IMG/VR virus record: IMGVR_UViG_3300029319_000016
Span: 24,051-88,050 of that record
Reading direction: 5' to 3' (one strand)
Length of the DNA stretch: 64,000 bases
DNA from: a virus
Positions 1 through 7,823 of this stretch are shown piece after piece. The position numbers and the translations under genes were made by a program. Under the pieces are notes generated by a model that saw only the letters and a program-made list of their open reading frames with translations, was not told the origin of the DNA and did not search any database. Position 1 is the stretch's first letter; every line of letters begins with the position of its first letter.

Positions 1-305
1 ACTACTAGTTCTGTTGCAATGTCATATATTAAAGCCCCAAAACCAGTATCACGATATTCTCCATCAATTTCAGTCCAACCAATAACAAAACAAGGATTAT
101 AGTCCCTAGTTGCATGTAGCTCTCCTACTAAAGAATTATCCCATTTTCTTATAGCATAAATTTTTATTGTATCTCGCTCACTTTTAATTTCAAAAATAAG
201 ATCATTTTTTTCAACTACTTTTAATCCTTGATTTATCTTATCATTTGCTTCTTCACAATAAACTTCAAGAATGAGATTGTGTAACTTTTTTGATGTTAAT
301 TTCAT
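1..305 (-). CDS. Partial (runs off the left edge) GNAT-like acetyltransferase with MKLT..L..LI.E leader
   Basis: Not in the ORF track; translated by hand. ATG at 305-303 overlaps the TGA of the upstream gene (ATGA). Reads MKLTSKKLHNLILEVYCEE...GWTEIDGEYRDTGFGALIYDIATELV and stays open to base 1. YRDTGFG resembles GNAT acetyl-CoA motif A. Confidence 0.65.
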   Translation of the reverse strand, partial: MKLTSKKLHNLILEVYCEEANDKINQGLKVVEKNDLIFEIKSERDTIKIYAIRKWDNSLVGELHATRDYNPCFVIGWTEIDGEYRDTGFGALIYDIATELV

Positions 306-637
306 TTCTTCGTTATTCCTAGATCTTTAAAGACATCATCAGGATTAGATTGTTGTTTTTCTAATTTTTCTAATCTTTTTTCTTTTTCAGATTCAAGAGC
401 AATCTTTACAGCTTTAGCTTTTTGTTCTGCTCGTTTATCTCTAACTTTTTTTGCTTTCTGTAGACGCTCAAGTTCTTCGTTCTCTTTCTTGTATTGATCT
501 TTGGCTAAGTTAGCCATTTCCAAATAGTTTTGGTTTGAGCGTCTTCCAAGCACATAAGATAAAATAAATAAACCCATGAGAATTAACCAGTTCTTATGAG
601 CTACAATCCAATTCTTTGCTTTGTATAACCAGATCAT
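302..637 (-). CDS. Single-TM coiled-coil protein, i-spanin (Rz)-like
   Basis: ORF 302..658; likely start MIWLYK at 637. One hydrophobic helix (WLILMGLFILSYVLG) is followed by a K/E-rich coiled coil. Adjacent to a holin-like gene. Function inferred from topology only. Confidence 0.45.
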   Translation of the reverse strand: MIWLYKAKNWIVAHKNWLILMGLFILSYVLGRRSNQNYLEMANLAKDQYKKENEELERLQKAKKVRDKRAEQKAKAVKIALESEKEKRLEKLEKQQSNPDDVFKDLGITKK

Positions 638-639
638 GA

Positions 640-915
640 CTAACCACCGTGTCGCCACATTTTAGCAAAGTCAACAGCGGTTTGTCCACCGATGTACATC
701 ATAGCAATCATTCCCCAAGTTTCAGGGTCTAGTTGTGCATTCCACAATAAAGCTGTTGCTGATACAAACACAAGCAGCTTACGAGAGATCGCTTTCTCTT
801 GTAAAGCATCAAGAATACCTTTTTGTTTGTTATCGAGATATAATTGTTGTTTTAATTTTTCTTTTTTTTCTTGTTCCATTTTTTCTCCTGCCTGTAAAAA
901 CTCTTCTCTGGTCAT
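640..915 (-). CDS. Holin-like small membrane protein
   Basis: 91 aa. Charged N-terminus, then SRKLLVFVSATALLW and WGMIAMMYIGGQTAVD, a two-TM pattern typical of small phage holins. Confidence 0.5.
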   Translation of the reverse strand: MTREEFLQAGEKMEQEKKEKLKQQLYLDNKQKGILDALQEKAISRKLLVFVSATALLWNAQLDPETWGMIAMMYIGGQTAVDFAKMWRHGG

Positions 916-1235
916 TAACTTTCCTTTAAGATTTGCATAACTCTTTCTGTAATATAATCTGCATGCTCAGGACTTTCTTCGGCAACATAGTGATAGATAT
1001 CATTTTCAAACATATGTCCAAAGCCTTGCTTAATCATTGGTGCAAGGTGCATAAATTTGCTGACGGTCTGCATAATAATTCCACCAACATAGTCATAGTC
1101 AGGATGATCAGGTCCCATTCCTACTGTCATTCCACTGAAGGAGTCCATAGGAGGTTCCATGCCCATCATTTCATTCATGACTTTGTTAAGCTCTTCTTTG
1201 ATAATTTGTTTAATTTGTTTATTTGTTAATTTCAT
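915..1235 (-). CDS. Hypothetical protein with MKLTNKQIKQIIKEE leader (putative capsid-targeted protein)
   Basis: GGAG RBS and late motif upstream. Leader shared with 4499..4807. Met-rich linker. Confidence 0.75.
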   Translation of the reverse strand: MKLTNKQIKQIIKEELNKVMNEMMGMEPPMDSFSGMTVGMGPDHPDYDYVGGIIMQTVSKFMHLAPMIKQGFGHMFENDIYHYVAEESPEHADYITERVMQILKES

Positions 1236-1254
1236 TTTTAATCTCCATAAAATG

Positions 1255-1288
1255 AAAGCCTAAATAGCTTTTACACTAAATAGGCTTT
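1255..1288 (-). promoter_or_regulatory. Hairpin containing two tandem CTATTTAG late-promoter motifs (possible terminator/promoter overlap)
   Basis: Minus strand reads AAAGCCTA-TT-TAG-TGTAAAAG-CTA-TT-TAGGCTTT, just downstream of the SbcCD-like stop. Confidence 0.55.
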
Positions 1289-1298
1289 TGAAAGAGAT

Positions 1299-4200
1299 TT
1301 AGCAGTTTACTTTTGCATAACCACCAACTTTCTGTATGTCGATGGTTCTATCTACACAGTCTTTTAAAACATCGAGGTGAGAAATCAACAGAACGGTTTT
1401 AAACTTATCTTTTATCATGTCAATCAAACGAACAAAACCCTCCATGTGTTCCTGATCCAAAGCTGTGGCAGGTTCATCCATGATAAATAGAGTGGACTTA
1501 GGCAAGTTGGTTATCTCAATTAGAGCAAGACGTATAGCCATAGCTGCAATAGTTTTCTCAGCACCTGATCCCATAGATATAGGTCGAGAGTCATACTTCG
1601 GATGCTTAATATTGATATCTAAATTACGACCATCTTCTTCAAACATAACTTGAAAATCAACAATGTTTGCAAGGCATTTTTGAATTTCCTCGTTTATAAG
1701 AGATAATTTTTGTTTGATTATTTCGTAAGCAATTCCATTTGGATGCATACAACGCATGAATAACTCATAGGCTATAAAAGATTCTTCGAGTTCATCTTGC
1801 TCTCTCTTTTCAACATGAAGTCTCTTAATGGTACTCTTAACAGCACCAAGTTCAACAAGATAATCTTGGATCTTTTTATCACATTTTTCTTTTCTTTGTT
1901 TAGCTTCTGTCATTTTTGTTTTGACAGCGTTCTTGGATTTAATAAGAGACGACAGATTCTCAATTGCTTGACGATTTGCATTGTATTCATCTCTTTGTTG
2001 TTCAAGAGAACCTTTTTGATTAGTCATGAGAGAGATCTTTGATATGATTGATTCATTTGTTATTTCTAAATTATGATTTTTGGCTAAAAAACTTTTGCGC
2101 TTGTCAACATTCTTCTCCAGAACTTCTAGTTCTTTTTCAGCGACTTCTTTATCTAATCCATAAATCTTTAATTTATATCCATCAATTATCTTTTCAACCT
2201 CTTCTATTTCTTCTTCAAGAGTCGGAAGATAATCTTTAGCTTTTGTAGCATCTTTAACAAACTTATTATTAGAACAATATTCACAATCAGGATCATACTC
2301 ATGGTCATGAAGCATGTTAATCTTTTTAATAGATTGTTTTTCTATTGTTTTAAGCTTCTTGAGCTCCTGTTGTGAGTCTTTTAAAGACTCTTCAAACACC
2401 TTACACTGTTCTATGATTTGCGTGAGTCTATGCTTGTTTATGGAGCTTACAATGTCATCAGCTTGTTGGATGGCAAGTTCGTTTTGCTTTATCTGTTGTT
2501 TGTTTTCAGATACTTTTACACCAGCTTTGTGTATTTGTACGTCAAGCCGATCAATCTCATCTTCTAATTCATCGATGTCAATAATATTTTGAGGAATAGA
2601 ATTAATCTCTTCTTCTATCTTTAAAAACTCTTCAAGTAATTCTTCATAGCGATTGTTGTGTTTTTTGCACAAATCTGTTTGATGGTCTATATCATCGTTA
2701 ATTTCTTCTATCTCTTCTTGTTTGGCTACTAATAGTTCTGCTATCTTTTTACTTTTAAACCTTTTGATCAAAGTGGAGATTTCTGAGGAGTCTTTCTTTG
2801 CAAAGTTTAATTTTTGATCAAAGATGTCTAAGTCGAGAAACTTAGCTAGTTTATTCTTTCTTTTTGTTGAACCTTCTTTAATGAACGCAAGAGAATCTAA
2901 CTGCGAAGCCATTGATGTGATCATAAAGTCTTCTATGTTTCCGAAGATCTTTCTTATGTTGGCCTCAGTATCTTTTACAGAATCGCCGTTACAAGAACTA
3001 TTGGTAGTGAGATTGTGGAAATCAAGATCACCAGAGGCCACAGGGATGGACTTTCCTCGTTGGGTTTTATAAGATTTATTGAGATTCCGAGTAATTTGAT
3101 AGTCTTGACCGTCTGCTTCGACCACCATCTTGATAGAGGCTTTAGTTTTGTTTTGATTGACGAGGTGAACGTTTTTCTTCTCGGCTTTGCTGGTTCCGCC
3201 ATAAATGCCATAAAGAGCAGAATCAATAACAGAAGACTTCCCACTGTAGTTTTTGCCAAAAATGCCAACGATTCCAGAAAGATTTGCAAAATCCAAAGAA
3301 TTACTTTGTCCATAGTTAAATAAATTTGAGAACTGCATCTCTTTAATATTCCATTTGACGTTTCTTCGGACTTCTTCAACCTTCTCTACCTCTTTATTAT
3401 ACTTAGTATTGAGATCAAGCACTTGACTCATCAAGTCCTCATCTAGATCATAATCTTTTAAATAATCACGAATATATCTTTCTTGAACAGAAACATCACG
3501 CATGTTTTCCATTTTGTGTTCTTGTCCGTCTGAGGATGTGAAATTAGACGTTCCTTTATTTAAGAAGGACAAAGACACCGGATTGTATTTAGAACGTGCT
3601 AAATCGGTAATCTTGCGTATGGAAGAGCTATCCATGTTAACAGTCGAGATTAATCGAAGACGACAACCATGAGGAACATGATAATGTTGAGGTATCTTTC
3701 CTTTGTCATCTAAATTAATTGTAATAAAAGGTCGGGGATTGGTAAAGATAACATGTTGAACATCAAAATCATCTTTAGATCTAATTGTCCAAAGCTTATA
3801 GCCTTTTCTTCCGTCCTCCGAAAAATTCTGCTGAATTGTAGAGCCAGCATATTGAGCACGACCTTCTTCATCTAAAATCTGTGGTTTGTGAATGTCACCA
3901 AGCATAACAAAATCGTGACCTTTAAAAATCTCTATGTCATCATCGCCATGTTCCATAGCCCAACCTGATCCTGTTTTAGAACCCATAATTGCACCATGAT
4001 AAAGAGCAATGTTAATGTCACCAGTTTTTGGCCTCATCCAAGCTCCTCTATCAAAGATTGATAAGACATTTAATGATAATCCTACTTGAGGAGATACACG
4101 ACCAGAGTTTTTTAATAGATGCAAATCAGGATGGTTCAATGCGTTAACAATAGGAGACACAGCATCTTCCCTATCTGAGTTCTTTAGATTACCGTCATGG

Positions 4201-4439
4201 TTTCCAAGAATGATATAAGTTGGCGCAATGTCTGCTAGGTTTTTTAAGAACTCAGAAGCCAAAGCAAAATACTCTGGTGACAACTGAGTTTTTGTGTGAG
4301 CCAAATCACCACAATGAACAATATAGTCAGGTTTTTGGCTTAGTAATTTTTTATAAATCTGATTAAATACAAATCTGTATTCATCATGAAATTTAAGATT
4401 ACGAATATGTGTATCCGCAAAGTGTGCGATCTTAATCAT
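1299..4439 (-). CDS. Fused SbcD-SbcC (Mre11-Rad50; T4 gp47/gp46-like) nuclease-ATPase
   Basis: Phosphoesterase motifs ADTH, CGD, GNHD, YHG, GDIH. Then Walker A GKNYSGKS, coiled coil with CEYC zinc hook, signature-like MGSGAEK, Walker B FIMDEP and H-loop ISH. Confidence 0.93.
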   Translation of the reverse strand: MIKIAHFADTHIRNLKFHDEYRFVFNQIYKKLLSQKPDYIVHCGDLAHTKTQLSPEYFALASEFLKNLADIAPTYIILGNHDGNLKNSDREDAVSPIVNALNHPDLHLLKNSGRVSPQVGLSLNVLSIFDRGAWMRPKTGDINIALYHGAIMGSKTGSGWAMEHGDDDIEIFKGHDFVMLGDIHKPQILDEEGRAQYAGSTIQQNFSEDGRKGYKLWTIRSKDDFDVQHVIFTNPRPFITINLDDKGKIPQHYHVPHGCRLRLISTVNMDSSSIRKITDLARSKYNPVSLSFLNKGTSNFTSSDGQEHKMENMRDVSVQERYIRDYLKDYDLDEDLMSQVLDLNTKYNKEVEKVEEVRRNVKWNIKEMQFSNLFNYGQSNSLDFANLSGIVGIFGKNYSGKSSVIDSALYGIYGGTSKAEKKNVHLVNQNKTKASIKMVVEADGQDYQITRNLNKSYKTQRGKSIPVASGDLDFHNLTTNSSCNGDSVKDTEANIRKIFGNIEDFMITSMASQLDSLAFIKEGSTKRKNKLAKFLDLDIFDQKLNFAKKDSSEISTLIKRFKSKKIAELLVAKQEEIEEINDDIDHQTDLCKKHNNRYEELLEEFLKIEEEINSIPQNIIDIDELEDEIDRLDVQIHKAGVKVSENKQQIKQNELAIQQADDIVSSINKHRLTQIIEQCKVFEESLKDSQQELKKLKTIEKQSIKKINMLHDHEYDPDCEYCSNNKFVKDATKAKDYLPTLEEEIEEVEKIIDGYKLKIYGLDKEVAEKELEVLEKNVDKRKSFLAKNHNLEITNESIISKISLMTNQKGSLEQQRDEYNANRQAIENLSSLIKSKNAVKTKMTEAKQRKEKCDKKIQDYLVELGAVKSTIKRLHVEKREQDELEESFIAYELFMRCMHPNGIAYEIIKQKLSLINEEIQKCLANIVDFQVMFEEDGRNLDINIKHPKYDSRPISMGSGAEKTIAAMAIRLALIEITNLPKSTLFIMDEPATALDQEHMEGFVRLIDMIKDKFKTVLLISHLDVLKDCVDRTIDIQKVGGYAKVNC

Positions 4440-4468
4440 AAATCCTCCGTAATTAATTAAGTATTTTT

Positions 4469-4497
4469 ATTATAACACATTACGAAAGATTTGTCAA
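4469..4497 (-). promoter_or_regulatory. Sigma70-type early promoter
   Basis: TTGACA-17 bp-TATAAT with extended -10 TG. GGAGG RBS follows, before the SbcCD-like gene. Confidence 0.88.
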
Positions 4498-4498
4498 G

Positions 4499-4807
4499 TT
4501 ATTTTTTTGGTACGTGTCTCATATCTCCGGAAGATTGCGCTCTTCTCAAATAAGTTCTAACAAGATCAGCTTCTTGGTATCCATACTCTGTTTCAAACTT
4601 TTCAATGTTCTTGGGATTAAAAACATGTCTTCTCTGAAGTCTTCCAGTTTTTCCAAGATCAAGACCTGTTGAAGGAAATTGTAAAAAACCCATGTATTTT
4701 CTAAATGCTTGAAACATTCTTTCCTGATGATGAAGACCTTCTCTCATCTTGATTAAGCCCAACTCTTCTTTAATTATTCTTTTTAATTCTGTGTTTGTTA
4801 TTTTCAT
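4499..4807 (-). CDS. Hypothetical protein with MKITNTELKRIIKEE leader
   Basis: AAGGAG RBS and ACTATTTAT motif upstream. Leader homologous to 915..1235; the rest is unrelated. Confidence 0.75.
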   Translation of the reverse strand: MKITNTELKRIIKEELGLIKMREGLHHQERMFQAFRKYMGFLQFPSTGLDLGKTGRLQRRHVFNPKNIEKFETEYGYQEADLVRTYLRRAQSSGDMRHVPKK

Positions 4808-4826
4808 AGCAAAATCTCCTTTACAA

Positions 4827-4842
4827 ATAAATAGTTAAATAG
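4827..4842 (-). promoter_or_regulatory. Putative late promoter (two CTATTTA cores overlapping the primase stop)
   Basis: Minus strand CTATTTAACTATTTAT. The same core recurs upstream of other late genes. Confidence 0.6.
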
Positions 4843-5770
4843 CGTTTAATAATTTATCAAAGAAAAAATAATCGGGATCAATTGGTTGAGCCCTATCTTT
4901 TGCGTTCTCAAATTGTCGTGGGGTCATAGATCCAACATCTTCAACAGCAGAAGTGTCTATCTTATAGACCTCCATGTCGTATTCAATCATCTTCTTAATC
5001 ATCCACGATGCTTTCTTCTCGGCATCTTGGTCAAGCCCTATGTAGACTGGTGTATCGTTTATTGCAAGAGCTTGAAATAAGCGAGACTGTGGCCTAAGGG
5101 TTGAGCCAAGAATAGGAATGCCTTGTGTTCCTGCAACGATAGCGTCAAAGGCACCTTCAACAATTGTTACAGGTTCATCCCAATCAATCATCAGTTCATT
5201 AAATATAATGTCTTTGGTTGCCCTAGGGTTCAAATATTTCATTCGGTGTCCAACATAAGAACGAGCAATAAAGAAGTTTGGATCTCCATTTAAATTAAAT
5301 GACGGGATAATAATTCTACCTCCATATCTTCCCTCAGTACAATAACCAATCTTCCATAGTTTAATTTGTTCATCATCAATTCCTCTACTATAAAGATAAT
5401 CAAGTGCTTTTTGTGATGAGCGTGGGAGTCGTTTGTTGCAAAGAGAAATTAATTCTTTTGGCAACTCACAAGTTGGCTCCTCTTGAATTTCATTTATTTC
5501 TTTGTAGATTCTATCAAAGTCTGTTAAGTCAAGACGACCATCAAGTTCTAACCAGCGTTGTCTTTGTTTATAGTTACCAAACTTTCTTACAATCCTGTAA
5601 ATATTCTTTCCCCGAACATCACAAACCCAACATTTAAAGAATCCGTTTGCAAAATTTACAGACATTTTTTTCTTGTGGTGTTTACAGTAAGGACAATGAT
5701 ACAAGTGCTCATTGCCTTTACGATGATAAGAACCGAGAAGATCGGTTAGTATCTTTCTTTTTTCCTCCAT
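4835..5770 (-). CDS. DNA primase (Zn finger + TOPRIM)
   Basis: CPYC...CWVC zinc finger, YLYSRGI, GRIIIP, TOPRIM VEGAFD and LDQD. Confidence 0.9.
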   Translation of the reverse strand: MEEKRKILTDLLGSYHRKGNEHLYHCPYCKHHKKKMSVNFANGFFKCWVCDVRGKNIYRIVRKFGNYKQRQRWLELDGRLDLTDFDRIYKEINEIQEEPTCELPKELISLCNKRLPRSSQKALDYLYSRGIDDEQIKLWKIGYCTEGRYGGRIIIPSFNLNGDPNFFIARSYVGHRMKYLNPRATKDIIFNELMIDWDEPVTIVEGAFDAIVAGTQGIPILGSTLRPQSRLFQALAINDTPVYIGLDQDAEKKASWMIKKMIEYDMEVYKIDTSAVEDVGSMTPRQFENAKDRAQPIDPDYFFFDKLLNAI

Positions 5771-5788
5771 AATTTCCTCCGTGTTTTT

Positions 5789-5816
5789 ATTATAACACGT
5801 TTTAAAAATTTGTCAA
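5789..5816 (-). promoter_or_regulatory. Sigma70-type early promoter
   Basis: TTGACA-16 bp-TATAAT with extended TG; GGAGG RBS downstream. Confidence 0.85.
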
Positions 5817-5825
5817 GAAGTTTTT

Positions 5826-6725
5826 TTAAGAAAGATAATCATCAACGTTTGGAGTGCCTTTTACTCTCATTCCTGTACTTATCTTATTTCCATAAGTTAT
5901 TATAACAGTATTATTATCATCAACGAGAGCTTTTTTGTTACTATCTTTTTTACTTGTTTTAATCTTTTCTTTGTTATTGGCAATTGTTTTATTTATAATG
6001 TTGCTATATTGATCAATAAGTTGACCATCAAAAACATCTACAAGTTTATCTAATCCAAGGTCATGGTGAAAATCCAAAAAAGTAAAAAACTCTGTTTCTG
6101 CAACATTTGCTATTTTTTGTTTTAACTTTACAAACGTGTCTTTAAGATTTTTATAATTTACTTTGTTTGAATTACCAATCATTTCGTTAGCAATTTTAGG
6201 TAACTCTTTATTATAAAACTGATTTTCTCTTGCTTTGTATTTTTTTAGGGTTTGAAAATCTTTGTTAGCAGCTAAGGTTTTATAATCAACACCATCTTTT
6301 TTCATTATTTCTAACCATTCATTTTTTAAATTTTCTAAAGATTCACCATAAGATTTATTCATTTTATAAGTTTTTACTTTTCCCTTAATGGGTATTCTAA
6401 TATATATGTCTTTACCAGCATTATAAAGTTTTTCAATTTTTTGTTTAAAACTTTTTATGTGATTGTCAATAGGTATTTCTTTGAATTCTCTTGCATGCTT
6501 AATAGCATGAGAAACAAGTCCGTGATTTTGTCCATCTGGTTTTGGATAAGGTTTATCAACAAGTTCAGGGTTTAAGATAAACAAAGTAAAGCTACCCATG
6601 CCTCCTTTCTTATCAATACCAAAATCACTATCCTTACCTTTATTCCAGTTTACTTCATCTGAGAAATCTTCTTGTAAAACTTTCTTTCTCCAAGACTCCA
6701 TAATGAGCTTCATTTGATTAGACAT
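5826..6725 (-). CDS. Hypothetical protein with MSNQMKLIMESWRKKVLQE leader; possible BECR-like RNase toxin domain
   Basis: Intact 299-aa ORF with RBS and late motif. SHAIKHAREF and C-terminal ALVDDNNTVIITYGNKISTG resemble HxxKH-type polymorphic-toxin RNases (inference). Confidence 0.6.
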   Translation of the reverse strand: MSNQMKLIMESWRKKVLQEDFSDEVNWNKGKDSDFGIDKKGGMGSFTLFILNPELVDKPYPKPDGQNHGLVSHAIKHAREFKEIPIDNHIKSFKQKIEKLYNAGKDIYIRIPIKGKVKTYKMNKSYGESLENLKNEWLEIMKKDGVDYKTLAANKDFQTLKKYKARENQFYNKELPKIANEMIGNSNKVNYKNLKDTFVKLKQKIANVAETEFFTFLDFHHDLGLDKLVDVFDGQLIDQYSNIINKTIANNKEKIKTSKKDSNKKALVDDNNTVIITYGNKISTGMRVKGTPNVDDYLS

Positions 6726-6754
6726 TTGATTTCCTCTTTATGTCTAAATAGTTT
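6679..6754. repeat. 76-bp direct repeat, copy 1 (late motif + RBS + leader codons)
   Basis: Matches 7197..7272 with two mismatches by eye (offset 518 bp). Confidence 0.95.
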
Positions 6755-7243
6755 CTAATATAACATTTGAAAGAACAGATCTTCTCCTTCTCTTCCCACA
6801 TATCTATGTATAAATTCAGGTATTGTAAGTCTCTCCATCTTAACCTGAGGTTTCATAACGCCAAACAAAACATCATGAGTTTCTATATCTTGTGAAAGCC
6901 AAGTAGAATATTTTCTACACTTACTCCACATGTCGCACATTCCATTAAATTGTTGAAAAGTTAGTTCATCCCAAGAAGATGAACCAAAAAACAGTTCGTT
7001 CGCATTAGAAACTTTGATCCAACCATCGGGTATTGTATTGTCTTTATATTCCTCGTCATGGTAAAACCACATGTGGTTTCTCATCCACACATTGTGTATT
7101 GGCACATCATCCTCGGTTATGTCATGGAAGGTGCCCTCAGGATCAATCCAACCTAAAGAGTGTTTATTGCAACCCCAATCAGTAATTTCTTTTAATACTT
7201 TTTTTCTCCAAGACTCCATAATGAGCTTCATTTGATTAGACAT
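6755..7243 (-). CDS. Hypothetical protein with MSNQMKLIMESWRKKVLKE leader
   Basis: First 17 aa identical to 5826..6725. Body GWIDPEG...H..W...GWIKV is unrelated to the neighbour. Confidence 0.75.
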   Translation of the reverse strand: MSNQMKLIMESWRKKVLKEITDWGCNKHSLGWIDPEGTFHDITEDDVPIHNVWMRNHMWFYHDEEYKDNTIPDGWIKVSNANELFFGSSSWDELTFQQFNGMCDMWSKCRKYSTWLSQDIETHDVLFGVMKPQVKMERLTIPEFIHRYVGREGEDLFFQMLY

Positions 7244-7272
7244 TTAATTTCCTCTTTATGTCTAAATAGTTT
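7197..7272. repeat. 76-bp direct repeat, copy 2
   Basis: Matches 6679..6754. Its AACTATTTAG motif overlaps the last codons (K-T-I-stop) of the RuvC-like gene. Confidence 0.95.
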
Positions 7273-7786
7273 TTAATCCAGCATTTGCTATAACAACTGA
7301 GTCTGCTTTATCATCAGTTCCTGGTTTTGGATTTCCGTGTCTTGTATACTCTACGATGAATTCTTTTGGATACTTATTGCTAACCCACTCAATAACCTTG
7401 AGCTTCGTGTTATCACCCCTTTTGATTTTGAGATCAACGAGGCCCCTAGCTTTGTTTGCCTGAAGGAGTATCGCAGGGCTGCCAAATAAATTGTGAACCA
7501 CATAGCTACACATACCATTAAAACGTTGTAGCTTGGCCATTGTCGCTGCTGTTGTCTTTCCTCCCGAGAATGCCATGAATGGTTGTTCGATGAAAACATA
7601 ATCTACCTCCTGTTGTTGTAAAGACCTTTTTATACATTCCATTTCTTTTTTAAAAATGTCTGCTCGTTCTTCAAGAGATTGAGATGGTTTTAATTTTATC
7701 TCATCAACAAGAAGTAGGTCTTCGTTTTCGTTTATCAAGCAATAACCTATTCTGCTTGAGCTTATATCTAATCCTAAAATAATCAT
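7262..7786 (-). CDS. RuvC-like Holliday junction resolvase
   Basis: RNase H-fold acidic motifs ILGLDIS, FIEQP, DDKADSVVIA. Confidence 0.82.
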   Translation of the reverse strand: MIILGLDISSSRIGYCLINENEDLLLVDEIKLKPSQSLEERADIFKKEMECIKRSLQQQEVDYVFIEQPFMAFSGGKTTAATMAKLQRFNGMCSYVVHNLFGSPAILLQANKARGLVDLKIKRGDNTKLKVIEWVSNKYPKEFIVEYTRHGNPKPGTDDKADSVVIANAGLKTI

Positions 7787-7794
7787 AATAATCT

Positions 7795-7823
7795 ATTATA
7801 ACATATTGTTTTTGATTTGTCAA
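7795..7823 (-). promoter_or_regulatory. Sigma70-type early promoter (near-leaderless transcript)
   Basis: TTGACA-17 bp-TATAAT, ending 8 nt before the ATG; no SD. Confidence 0.82.

Noticed and set aside
6679-7272. Repeat pair as CRISPR array, IS ends or att sites
   Set aside because: Only two direct copies, coding and regulatory in content; no spacers, transposase or integrase in the window.
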